Assembly: GCA_964658305.1 (NCBI GenBank)
Contig: OZ210885.1
Coordinates: 1,550,001-1,614,000, forward strand
Source of the DNA: Leptogorgia sarmentosa
Taxonomy: Eukaryota
Direction: 5' to 3'
DNA length: 64,000 nucleotides
A model generated the notes under the pieces. It was given only the letters and a program-made list of their open reading frames with translations, was not told the DNA's origin and searched no databases. The stretch's first letter is position 1, and each line of letters opens with the position of its first letter. A program made the position numbers and the translations under genes. Below, one piece after another: positions 25,303-38,176 of the stretch.

Positions 25303-27247
25303 ATGGTGGGTAAAAATTGGCTAAATCCCTTCACGTTTTAATGCTTAGTTGAGTATAATGTATAGTTCTGAATTTTCAAGCATAGTAGCGTTGGATTTTG
25401 GTGGGATTGACTGAGGATGGCATGTTTTTGAGTATTATTTTGATCTTTCAAATCGATGTTATTGTTTGTATTGCAGCCGTCTCACAAGTCATTTCAAATC
25501 AAAAGGAAATTAGCTAAAAAGATGAAGCAAAACCGCCCAATCCCACAATGGGTCAGGATGCGCACAGGCAACACTATAAGGTACGATTGTGTGCTATTTT
25601 ATACAATATATTCATATAATCATATAGATACACTGTATACGGTATAAAAGCTTCGAACATCCATTGCCTGGCCTGGCCAGAAGTCCATAACCGTCCTTGC
25701 TGTAATATGTAAACCTCAATAGTTACATAATTATTGTAGTGTAGGTAGTGTACTGACCAGTGTAGGTAGCTGATAACAGCATCAACAAACAGCAGAAGTT
25801 TTACATTCTACCTAAGTGATTGTCCAGAGTTCAATATAGATTCTGAAGACTTGGTAGGACATCACGTCAGATCAACTGGCATTCTGGTTGGACATAATAT
25901 GACACTGATTATTGCAAAAACTCAGAAGAGACATGACACCTAGCCACAGTTCAATAGCACATTATTGTATAACATAACCATAGTGATCGTCAAGAAGACA
26001 GATTATATGCATGAAAACAGTCTTTAGTTAAAAAGATTTATAAGACAACTTAACAGAACAGTTGGCCACAACTTCTGTGAAAAACAATGAGCAGAGGGCC
26101 AAGTCAGCAGTTTGCTCCGACAATGGCCAACTGTTATATTGAACACTGAATGATTTATGTACAGCAAGATTTAAAGTTCTGGCAAGCAAAAGCCTGTCTT
26201 AATAATTCATGTTTAGGCACTTGTGTGTGGGTCCCAATACAGGGGCCTTTGCTTGAAATGTAGAATCTTATTGTATTGTTTAGGTAACTACTGTAGTTGA
26301 ACTTTGCTACTTTTTGATGTTGCTATAGTGTGTACCTATAATGCAAAAATATGATTCAATGTGTCAAAAGTTAAATCCTTTTGTTTGAGATTTATATTTC
26401 CAGTAAAATTTGCCAGCACAGCATATTATATTCAGTTTAATTATGCCATGCAGTAGTTGTCAATATAAATGTCGGATAGTCACTGCTGTAGTGGTTGTAT
26501 TGATAGACACAGCTCTGGGTACAGGGTACTGTATGTTCTGAAACTACTTGAACGATACAAAGTTCCCTCAATGTTTTAATCAGAGGCCCATCTCTGATAA
26601 ATTATTTTTGGAGTTGGCTACAATATGCCTACAAAACATGTTAAATATACCAATTTAACTTACAAACAACTTTTGCAAGATTCAGTGTAAGTCTGTCTGA
26701 CCTTTATGGCTTTATTTCATGACGAGCCTCAGGGAGCTGTATGTTGTCATCACTCCTTTTCCACAAATTTGAAAAAGTTTGTGAAAAGAATCAAATTTCA
26801 TGCTCACGTAATGCCAACCTTGTTCATCACATTGCTTAAAATCTGGCCATGTGATTTAATATTACCTTGCTGTATGAGAAAAGGGTTGGCTGAATTACAG
26901 ATTATGTATGGAATGAAATACCTGTGTTAAATTGTGCTGCATAATAAAAAATTTGACAAACATCACGACAATTACATCATGTAAATCAACCAAAATTATT
27001 GGGAACACTGTGAGATGAATGAGAATTACTAGTTTTATCTTGGCCTCTATACGTACCAAACAACTTGTTTTTCTTCAAATTTCGTAAATTTCAACACTTC
27101 GTCGCTGGGCATCTCTACAGAGCTCACATTTATAGAAAGTCGAGGTTATGCTCAGGTTAACTTGGATTCTTATACTGAATATATCTCTTATTTTGTAGAT
27201 ACAATGCGAAGAGACGTCACTGGCGAAGAACCAAGTTGGGTCTATAG
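25303..27247 (+). CDS. RPL39: 60S ribosomal protein L39 (eL39), 3 coding exons
   Basis: Exons 25303-25305 (ATG), 25477-25580, 27199-27247 give [51 protein letters not shown] (51 aa). AATAAA at ~27327. Confidence 0.98.
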
Positions 27248-28109
27248 GCACTAAACAGACAAACACGTTCATATTAATAATTGTGGATACAAATTTAATG
27301 TAAAATATTCAGTTCCTTGGCATTGAAATAAACAAGATTTGTGACCACAATTCAACTTCCTGTTTTCTCTCACCAGTTTTTCTCCTCAAATGCAATCTCG
27401 TCCCCTGAGCCTGCGCAAATATTCGACGTCGTTCGACGTGCGCTTTTTCAAAAGGCCTGGGGCGAATGAGGAACAAGTGAAATTATGACGTCATCAATCA
27501 TATCAAAGCGATTAATTAAGCCATCTAGCGATGAAGGCGTGCGGATTTTTACTTGAGAGATTCTTCCTGGCAAATGTGATTTTTTCTTGCAGTAACGATG
27601 TCCCAATTGTTTTCCATTGCAGACCGTGCGTATACGGTCACAACCAAGAGTGCTAACTGCCTTTGACAGGACGCATTTCATAATTAGAAATGCCAGTCTC
27701 AAAGTAAGACTCAGGGAAATTTCCCTGTCAAGGCCGATTGGTTTTCAATCAGGATAAATTTGGACGGACAGGAACGCAGCAGAGTTTCGTTTCTAATCGA
27801 AAATTGTGTCGGTTACACGGTTACATGCTAGAGGTATCATATGTTTAAATAAATAGTTTAGGTCCTACAGTAACAAGCAGCAAAAGGTCTACTCACTACC
27901 TTTACGATACAAACAATTCGACTTTTCGAGAAAAGGCCCTTCGTCGGTCGAAACGTAGAAACTGTTAAATTTGAAACTGCGGTAGTGGGTAGAATTTTTC
28001 CTGCTTTATGTTATCTTTTACCTAGATAGACTAGCCACATATTCAATTTCTACATTTCATTCATTCCATTCAGCTAGTGCCTATGTATAAAATTTCCCTT
28101 AATCGCATT

Positions 28110-31100
28110 TTACTCTCGAGTTGGTAAATTGTATTTTTGACGAATGGATTCTCGTAATCTTTTACTGTTCCTTCTCTCTACTGCTTCATTAAAATCATCC
28201 AAGTTCTTATTTTTATTTTTCTTATTCCTATTCCCCAAACTATATGATCTTTTCATATTTTTCGAGCCGTCTGGTATGTCTTCTGTATTTTTATTCCTCC
28301 TACTCATGGCTTTATCCAGTGATTCTGTACTTCCATCTCTATCAATGTCATATTTATCGCGGACCCACTTATTCCTTTTCCAACTTTGAGCACGTCTAGC
28401 AATGCCTCCATCTGCCTTTAATTTCACCTCAGGATCGGTCGGTTCGTCCAGTTGCATACCATTGCTAAAGAGAAAGAAAATAAAAGGGGGCCATTCAGAT
28501 ATATATGTGACCAGTGTAGTTAGCAGATATAACAATATTTCTAATTTAATTTTAATTTTATATGCCTTCGCCATTTGAACATTTATATCACTGACACTAT
28601 ATGTCAAGGTGTACGCAACAGCTTATACGCCAATTATAGCAGCCCTTTACAAAAAATCTAGATACTAAAAACTACAATCTAATAACAACACGTAATTTTA
28701 CAAGACAGGTTACGAGACATGTTACAGGACACACATCACAAATAGATTTCCATGTCCGTGGATCGTTCACATATACACTAAGTATACTACCCTTATAGTA
28801 CTTAATAAGTCCACATTTAAACCTATATAGACTGATATTGTTGCCAGTTAGTTCAGTTGGTAGGGTGTTCAACAACCTTGTCGATCTGCTTAGGTATGAC
28901 TTTTGGTTATATTAATATTTGGTTATACTCACTACCTGGACTCTAACCCATATCAAGATTCGACTTTTGGAGGAAAAGCCCTTCGTCTCCATTCGTCGTG
29001 AATTGATGTGATTTCCTAGCTAGTGTATGGTTTTATGTAGTTGTTAAAATATTTACTGCTTTGCGATGTTGCTATCCGCTACCTACGTATATGTACAGAC
29101 TACGTATTGAAATGTCCCTCTGAAATATAAATGTATCGCATTTTTCTACGCGCGTGGGTATTTCGAACCTCACCATCTGGCCTGAACTCCAGGTCTATCG
29201 TACATCCGAAAAAGTCTTATACATGCACTTTGTCTTTTCAACTGCTTCAAGCTGACCGGCGAGGTTATGCAAAATTAGATATAACAAGACGCCTGCTCAG
29301 GCGTTTACTCCACCTGCAAGCAACGAAATATGGCGCGGATCACAGACACAGAGAAGAGGGTCCTGAAGGGGGGTTCCCATTGCCATCTCCCAGCCCAGAT
29401 TTTGAATAAATCCTGGTGTCTGAAAACACAAATCCCATCGTTTCATCGTTTCCGTTCTCAAAATCCGTCTTAATTTCGCAATTTCTTGGGTTTTATTTAA
29501 GGAGTGTATTACACGAAGTAGCCAAGTGGCCGCGCGGGGCCTGGGTCGAGTTTGTCGTCCGCGAACAATTTTTTTTTCTTTTTCTTTCATTCCAAACATT
29601 GTGAAAGGGTTAAAAACCACGAACAGTCATTGAAATTTGTGGATGATGACAATAAGATTACATGATGATACCTTAGTTCACTTTGTTCTGTTATGGGATT
29701 GTCAAGCTGATTGTTAGCTTTCTTTTTCGCCATTCTTCGTTTTATTTTCTCGTTGGGTTCTTTACCAATATACTCATCGTGGTAAAAGTAACCATCCAAT
29801 CTGGAAGAAAAAAAATGATGTACAGTATGTAATGAGCTTTGGTATGTAGCCAGTGAAAGGACAGTGCAATGTTTAATCACATCAACAGGGGCGGAATGAC
29901 AACTGGTGGATTTCATTGAGATTTTTTCATACTGAATTGAGTGGGGGTGAAGCTAAGATGTATTGAGGAATATGCTGCATGACAGCGAGAAAATGACCTG
30001 AGATTGCACATATTCACTACTAAATACTAATAACACAAGACAAAGACACAAACATACGTGCATACACAGTGAAGAAATAACTTATTCCGGTGATGGTGTA
30101 TCTATTTATAGTTGACCCCCATTAAATGACAACATAAAATCCAAGAATTCCAGAGGGTCAGAGGTATTGGGCAAAAAGGGCCTGGAACCTTTTTCAGGTT
30201 TACTACCCCTTCCTGATTCTTGAAAGTTCGACTGACTGTAGCAGACAGTGCCAACCACATCTAACCAAGAATGGCACTTCAGTTCTATTCTAACTGCTGG
30301 AGAAGATCACTATTATTCCTGATTATTGTGCAATTGCTGGTTCAAATTTAGTAATGAACTATGACATTTAATACCCTCAAAGTAGCAAGGGAAAGAAATC
30401 ACAACATTTCAATGCACTGGAAGAGCATTAGGGCCCAAAACCACAGAGTAATTACATGCAGAGGTCTAACTGTTGTACCCACCTTTTTTATGCGCATGCT
30501 CGGCAAGTTACTTGATGCGTGCATCTGATTGGATGACAGCTAAATTTGAACTTGCCGAGAATGCGTAGTTGATCATTTTTTTGCCAGGCTCCATTAAAAA
30601 AAGTGGCTGTATGAAAATGCCACTTTTCAATATTTAGTTAGACCTCTGTCTGATATATACTGTGTGCCAAAACCTTACAACAAAGTTATCTTGGTGAACA
30701 TGTTGACTTCCCTTATTCTATTACAACAAGCTCACATTTGGGGTTGTTTGGAAGAAATGAATTTAGAATTCATGGGGTGGTCAGGAGACCTGTGCTGATA
30801 GGTATGTGATGGGTGATATGTGATGGTATGGATGCCCGCCAACCATTCACCGTCACCCGTGGCTCTGTTTCACAACATGAATAAAGTCCTCCCACATATT
30901 CTACACCTCTCATATGGAACAACTCAAGAGTATGGAACAGTGTTTCCCCCTGCAATTGAATGTCTAATAACATGTTGAAGGCTGTTGTAGCAATTGTCAA
31001 ATTTAGTGACAAATTCATTAAAGACAGTGGATTGTGTAGCAGGAATTCTACCTTTTTCCATAGTGTTTAACACTTTTTAATATGTTGACAAAAGCCAGAT

Positions 31101-31938
31101 ATCCAGCTGGCCTGCTAAACTGTGCAAACAATTACGGACCACTCAACTCTCTCAATACTTCCTCAATGCATTCATTGTGAAAAGTACAGAGAAATGTCAT
31201 TTAATAAAAAGACATTTATGAACAGACATAGCACATAATCAGTTGTAGGTTTTATGTTCCAAAAATAATATTCCTAGCTTGAAATTGTATTTGGCGATCT
31301 TTTAGAAGGGAAGCAATTAATCCACACTTCTTGTTATGTCAATATTATTAAACGAGATCAAAGGCAGAGATATAATGGCAAAAAACACACCTAATTTCGA
31401 ACACAGTTGAAAACCAATATCAAATATACGCGGGGTTAAGCTCGCGTATTTATGTTAACTAATCTCACATGTAATATATACACGGGTATCGATGTATAAG
31501 GTCATGGTTTACAACATAAATATAACACTACATTGTGAAATTATCTCAATTATGCAATATTTAATAGCGGGCTGTTATTCAATATTTTAATGTGTCAGAG
31601 ATTAAATTATTCCCATAGTAAAGCATTCAATTTAAAATACAGATAAAGGAGTAGGGCTGTAAAGACTAAATTAGTATAAAACTATGGTAATGAACGGATA
31701 TACTATCATTGTATTGACATGATCAAAAAGTTGCGCACCTATGACCATCGGCATATATGTAGACTCCTTTCCCGTATTTTCTCGATTTTCTCCAACCGCC
31801 ATCGTACATATCGCCGTTTGGATATAAATACACACCCTGGCCATGTCTTTTTCCGTTTTTTGTTTCTCCTTTGTATGATTTTACAGTGACAAAATCCTCG
31901 TTCACGCTACACTGATCTTTGCTTTGTGGACTTCCCAT
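28110..31938 (-). CDS. MORN-repeat protein with basic low-complexity C-terminus (3 coding exons)
   Basis: Exons 31739-31938, 29672-29800, 28110-28464 join in phase 2/2. MORN repeats YKGETKNGKRHGQGVYLYPNG, YDGGWRKSRKYGKGVYIYADG and partial LDGYFYHDEYIG. N-terminus MGSPQSK. Confidence 0.75.
28672..28910 (-). mobile_element. LINE (CR1-like) ORF2 3' end remnant in MORN gene intron
   Basis: QKSYLSRSTRLLNTLP..FK..YY..DPRTWKSIC..C resembles the C-terminal tail of non-LTR ORF2. Confidence 0.5.
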
Positions 31939-32101
31939 TTTATTGTTGTTATGACTTCGTTCAAGAAGGGTATTTGGGGGTAGATGGGGCTAATGGGGCT
32001 ATTGTTTGGAGATGAAAAATTCGAATTCGGAATGGCGGACGTTACGCCAATCTTACGCGGATAAGATGGTAAAGTAGCGGACGGCAACATAGAATGATAT
32101 A

Positions 32102-32355
32102 CAGGGTGTCTCCAAAAAAAACAAACTTACATAAATTTAATTATGCATTCGATGAAATTTTTATTCACAATAATGTAATTTTTATTCACATTAGTTTGGC
32201 AACCTTGATATTTCTGTGCCTCTGGGATTTCATATTTTGTGTACAGCATAAGTAAAAGCAAAACTGGATAAAAGTACTGTGATACAACAAAGCGATTTCG
32301 TTTTCAATGAATACATAATTATTTATGCGTGTTCCGTTTCTTTTTTGAGACCCTG
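32102..32355. mobile_element. Tc1/mariner-type MITE
   Basis: ta|cagggtgtctc..aaaaaa ... ttttttgagaccctg|ta, TA target duplication. Confidence 0.7.
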
Positions 32356-33978
32356 TATACTATAAAAAAAAATGTGGAAGAAAGATACCCTAAGATATGT
32401 AATGAATGTTCCAGTAGTAGGAAATGAATCTTCGGCCTGAGTGGATGTTTCATTGTTTATTCCCTATTCCATGTAACCAAATGAGACATGCACCACGAAT
32501 TTTCCAAACATACCGGATCTCCCAAAAAAACTATACCCTGTTTTGGGCCGTAGACCCAAGGGAGAGACAGGAGCAGTCTCCCCCCCCCCCCCCCCCAAAG
32601 AAAAATTCACTTGGAATTTTGAATTCATGTCACTCAAAGTCTATAATTTTTTGAACTTCCTTTTTTGATCTTGTCCAATCCTGCCCAATCCGCTGCTGCC
32701 CCTTCTCCCCTCTCTGCCAAAACGATCCTGCCTAAAGCCCTGACGCGGTTTGATTTCATATAACGTAATGTATACAAAAGCTATTACACTGAAATAATAT
32801 GATGAAAAATAATCTAGGGTTCACATAATTTTTCTGTCAGTCTTTCAAATTACATCATTTACATGCTATGTATAAGAAACGATTAACGACTCAATGACTA
32901 CAATCCGGCTTTGTCAATCCCAGCGGCAAATCCAGCTTAGAATAATTCCTAGGCATTGGAAAAATGCATCATTGCTAATGTAAGCCAGTCTATCAAATAT
33001 AAAATATGTCAAATGCAATGAACGAATGAGTCACACTGCCCAGGAAAAACAAAAAAATGTTTTGGAACATCGTCCAGATGCAACTGTTTTTCATTTTACT
33101 ACATTGGCTACAACTACCGTGATGCTTTGCGGGTATTTGTAGTCGTTTTCCGTAACGTCTGGGATACAAAACATGCAAGCTACGAATTGAACAAGTGATA
33201 AAAGCAAACATGATTATGTATAAGGCCTAGTGTTATTAATGAGCCAAGTTCTTTTTTGAGCTCATTTGCATTTGGTACGTTCGGCGCATGAAAAGTTCGA
33301 CGTTTGATCTAAGCCTAAGTTCTATTGGTAGATGATAATTACACTATCAAATATTTGCTGCTTAATTAGGTACCTTCTTTATTTAGTTTACCTATAAGCT
33401 TGTACACGTAGTTCTTGCATGCATGTAATTCTTTGGTTTGTAAATAGTGTGATGTAGCCAGGTTGTTTAAATAACGTTTTTTCATGCATTGCACTGACTA
33501 CATAGTAATTACTAATAACTAATACAAATGGCTTCCTCAAAGGAAAGCCTGGAAAGGACTTGGTTACAAAGCAAGCGTTCAATTACCCTAAGTGCGATAC
33601 ATGTATACAAATAAAATAATAAAACAATATTAATTGAATCTGTCGTAATAATTCAAATTAAAATATAGCAACATTCAGGGGTCGGTTGTTCGAAAGTCGG
33701 ATAATTTTATGCATTGGCCATGGATAGTAAAAACGTTCAAAAAGCTATGACATTAAAACATGGGTCTGGAAATTGATACTGAAAAAAAGTTCAACTTTAA
33801 AACGCCAAAGGCAGGTCGATCAACGAGCTGTTGTTGGAGGGAACATTATTTGTGAAGTATACATTACAACACCTGGGATACACTGTTCGTCGTACGCTCG
33901 TTGTCAGTAAGATTGTAGCTATGTTTCTTTGATAACATGTATGTGTGTAGTATACTACGTGCTGACAGAAGATAATAT

Positions 33979-34454
33979 ACAAATAATGAATGTTTATGAG
34001 TGCAATGGTAAGAATATTTTCATGAGGTGAAAGATGGAATGTTCTATTCAATGAGGCGATAGCCGAGTTGAATGGAACATTCCATCTTTCACCGAATGAA
34101 AATATTCTTACCATTGCACGAATAAAAACATTCATTATTTGTTTTATATAATACCAAAATAACAAAAGGTTTATTGAAAGCTTCCGCCATTTTGGTGTAT
34201 TTTGACAAGATAAATCGCATTTACCTGACGTCGAGAATTGGGGGTAAATAAACTGCGATCACTGTCCGAAGAGCGTTTTGAAGGATGGGAGTTACTGAAA
34301 ACACAGAGTGCAATAGTACGAATACTATTGCACTCTCCAGAGTGCAATAGTATTCGTACTATTGCACTCTTGGGAAATGGAACTTTCTATTCAATATCAC
34401 GTGACCATAATTAACCAATCAAACGACCTGAATGTAATGAGGTATTATATAATT
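33979..34454. mobile_element. Asymmetric-subTIR + terminal-hairpin element (reverse orientation)
   Basis: Hairpin 33979-34142 with apex gaggcgatagccgag. SubTIRs ttatataatacc (34144-34155) / ggtattatataa (34441-34452). Internal double palindrome at 34305-34370. Confidence 0.75.
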
Positions 34455-34519
34455 ATATGTAACTAACATGTTCAAGTTTAAAAATATAACAGAATTTAAT
34501 TGGCCGTGTCAGTATATCA

Positions 34520-35924
34520 TTATAATGGTGGTGGCTTTCTCAACACCAAACCGCCTTTAGCAGCATCCAGTTTCGCATCCAAACTTCGTTCAAAAGCATT
34601 GGCAGAAGGTGGCAGCATTCTGATTCCGCACGTGCATCCTCTGACGGTTCTTCCTGATCTGGAAACACTATGCACACACTGGTAGGCAGTACATTCCTCT
34701 CTTATAAAGAATAGCACCGCACATAGTTGTTGCATCATGTTAGCAACATGAGCAGCTTCATTGGCTGCATCATCTCCAGAAAATGTAAAGTTGTTCACAT
34801 CACAAATCCTTTTCTGAGCTTCAATAATTTCTTCAGTCATGTGAGCCTCGAACTCGAAGAGACGATCAACCAATTCCTCTCCTATGAAACAATCCCGTCA
34901 ATTTTTAAATTAGCTTTGTATTTCCATCTATCTTGTGTTTATAATAATTCTGTGCATGTATCGTAAAAAACAAGCTTAAGCAAAATCTGGCGCATATCCC
35001 CAAATTACAGTTTTCACTTGTAAAAAGTGAGCAATAAAGATATCTGAAACTAAATCTGAATTTGGAATTGAGCGACTTTAACATATATACTAGAGGGGCT
35101 TTGCCCCCTCCCCCCTCCACCGAATCAGCGATCTTTCGCGGTCTCTGCTGAATTCACACATTCACACAGTCTTACTATAAATTATACCTGAACTAAAATC
35201 AACTATATCTTATCTGAACTAACGAATGCATAGTAGGAACTGACCAAAGTACTTGCAAATACTTACCACAGTACGCTTTTCTCTCCTTATCAAAAGCCTT
35301 CTTTAGTGCAGTGTACCGTTTCACTTCATCATTCGTAGATCTCAAAATATTACGATCATGGTGATTGTGGATTTCAAAGAGTTCGAAGAAGTTTTCACTG
35401 TCGACTTTGAAATGGTGTTCTTTGATACAGGTGCCCTGCATGTCACGCAGCAACGCCTCCCTTGTTATGTCCATCGAGCTGAAGACAACTGAACTGATAC
35501 CAAGCTCTTCCTCTAACGTCGACGAAAAATCATCCTCTGTCCATGCAACCATCTCCATGTGAGTGACAAGAACCGCTACCAGGTCCAAAGGAAGCTTCAC
35601 GACGGTTTTGAGATATTTGCGAACGTTGCTTATGACAGAATCGATGCGACGTGCAGTTTTAACAACAATAAAGATTTTGCTGAAAGGCCTATAATTGATT
35701 GCGCTAGCGATCCAAATATTGTGCTCGAGCTTGTTTTCCAATGGATTGCTCCCAGGTGTGTCAGCAATGATTAAATTGCTTTCTGGAACACAGAAAATTT
35801 CTGATGATCTCGTGGAACCCGTGGATGAATCAGAAGCTCTGCCCCGTTCACCCGTCAACTTCTCCACTATGGTTGATTTCCCAGTGCCAACATCACCCAA
35901 GAGAATGACATACTTTTCGTCCAT
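34520..35924 (-). CDS. TRAFAC-class P-loop GTPase, AIG1/GIMAP-like (2 coding exons)
   Basis: Exons 35267-35924 and 34520-34881 (phase 1). G1 GDVGTGKST, G2 Thr (GSTR), G3 DTPG, G4-like VLVTHME, helical C-terminus. Splice acceptor 8 nt before the ATG and a possible UTR-exon donor at ~36840. Confidence 0.8.
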
Positions 35925-38176
35925 TGGTGTTGCTGAAAATATCGGATATTTAGGAATTATTTTTTTATGATGTACAACTGAACATACGACAATATTTGCC
36001 AAGACAGCCTGGTTTCATCTAGTGGGATCTTCAGATACAGTGGTATAGGTTTCTAAACGAATGTTGTGAGGCGCAAAAATTAATGCATTATAGCAAAATC
36101 ATAAACTTAAAATTCAAAGCAAATAAAGTCTCCAACAATTCATTTTTGAATTTAGAAATGTTTCTCAAGTAATCTTGTCTAGATCATTGAGAATTTTCTT
36201 CTTTAAAGTTTTGAAGTAAACAGATGTGCAGAAATACACAAACTAAAACACTTTAATTTTCAATCTTAAATTTTAAATCTAAATTTTAATCCAGGGTTAG
36301 CGTAACCTATAGCTTTGAACAATTGGGCTCCATGCACTCAGAGCGATGATATTTCCCGCGAGGGGCTTGATCAAGGCATATGGCAAAAAGCATTTTTGTT
36401 GCTTTTGTTGTGTTTCTCCCGTGTCTGACGACTGACGTCTAATTTGTTTAAGTTTATGAACTACATGACTCACTAAATTTAACGCTAGTAACGCTGTACA
36501 GTGTATACTTTCGATTCTATCATAATGAGCCCATTCTCGAAATTCCTTATAACAATATTTAATATTGCATGCTTCTTCGGCCTGATCTGTCATGTTCATC
36601 TTATTAATATGCGAATCAGGATAAACTGGCACAGAATCAGAGCGTGTTTTCATAAACTAAATTAAACTAAAGCTATAATAATTTGTGTAACTGCATGTTA
36701 ATGGTAAATCAGCCCTAGCATAAATACTTTTGCTTTCGATCCATAAAAGCTACAATGCTGAGATTGAAATTTATAAATGATCGAATAATTTATGTGTAGT
36801 TCATTCTAGCTTGAAACCAGATAATATATAGATAACTTACCTATATATAACAAATGATATACAACGTTTCAATCTGGCGCAACAAACTTGCAACGCAAGC
36901 GTTTCTCAAAATTTAATTGGCTTTACACGTACAATACCTGGAAATACGCTTAACCATACTGAGAACTCTTTTCAATCTTAAATGAATAATTTTACCATGC
37001 TGAGACGTTCAATTTTCAAATTGACTCATGGTGAGACTGGAATATATGACAATGTAGCTCTGATGTCAAAGTTCCGTCATGTTAAATGCAATTCAAACAA
37101 ATAGATAAGACACCACATTATTGACATAAGAGCAACGTATATTAATAGGCCTTACCAATTATCATCGGGAAATGACAAACTGAAAGATCGTGTAGAATGC
37201 AAGGCGAGTGCTCCACTGGTGGGTATAATATACATAATGTATTACATAATGGACAATTTCCGATCTATGGTTAATAAAAACAAATTCCCCGAAAGAACCT
37301 TTTACTCCGAAGTTTCAAAATTCGGAGGCGAAATGTAGTAAAATACGGCCTTGGGAGATTCGGAAAATTGTTACTATTTTGGGGGAAGAAATTCCGCACA
37401 TAACACAATGATGAGAAAATTCGATGAACAATGATGACGATCCACACAGTGATGAGAAAATTCGCAAACTTTATAAGCCTACATTTCCCACCGAATTTTG
37501 GAATCTTACTACTTTTCAAAAGGTTCACCTGAAAACCTTATTTTTATTGACTACATCGAAAATTAGGCTATTATGCAAACAATTAGGGTTGAGTGATGAT
37601 AGAATACAAAATAAAGTTGTAGGCTGATGTATGCAGTCACCTGTATCTCAAAGCAATGCTGGTCGCCTATGACTACAAGTTAAATGAAGTTAAATTTTTC
37701 GGCAAACTAGCACTGTTAAAATGTTAGTATACGTATTACCTATTATAAAATAACCGGAAGTAAGTGAAAAAGATTGCGCGGGCGTGATTGGCTAACAGCC
37801 GTGTTGATGTGAGATTATGTAAACACAGCTATTTCCCGCTGCTTCTCGCTATTCCGTTATTCCGCATTTGTCATCGTGTTATTCTATGAAAGTAATAGAA
37901 AACGTTTTCCTACGTTTACATTGAGTTATTGAAACATGGAAAATGTTTTCTATTCCTTAATTGTTAAACAACCAAGACGACATTGCATGTATAAAGTAGA
38001 ATCAAAGAATTTCAGACGTCCTGACAAAATGTTAAACATCCACCCCGCTACAATGTTCCGAAATACCTGTGGAAATACACATACAAGACATCATCGAAAT
38101 CAACTGGGGTATCCATGGTCATATGTCCATCCGTTGGCGAAACGAAGTATTGCCAGAATTTTAAATTCTAATTATA

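Noticed and set aside
28144..28389. Hydrophobic ORF resembling a membrane protein
   Set aside because: Antisense shadow of the Lys/Arg/Asn-rich last exon of the MORN gene.
29297..29620. 107-aa minus-strand ORF as an extra MORN exon
   Set aside because: Flanking exons already join in phase, no suitable splice sites were found, and it overlaps repeat-like sequence.
30770..31018. 82-aa ORF in the MORN intron
   Set aside because: No recognisable motif or convincing phase-compatible splice sites.
35925..36002. N-terminal extension of the GTPase ORF from TTG at 36002
   Set aside because: Lies mostly upstream of a clear splice acceptor at 35933-35934. The ATG at 35924 is the plausible start.
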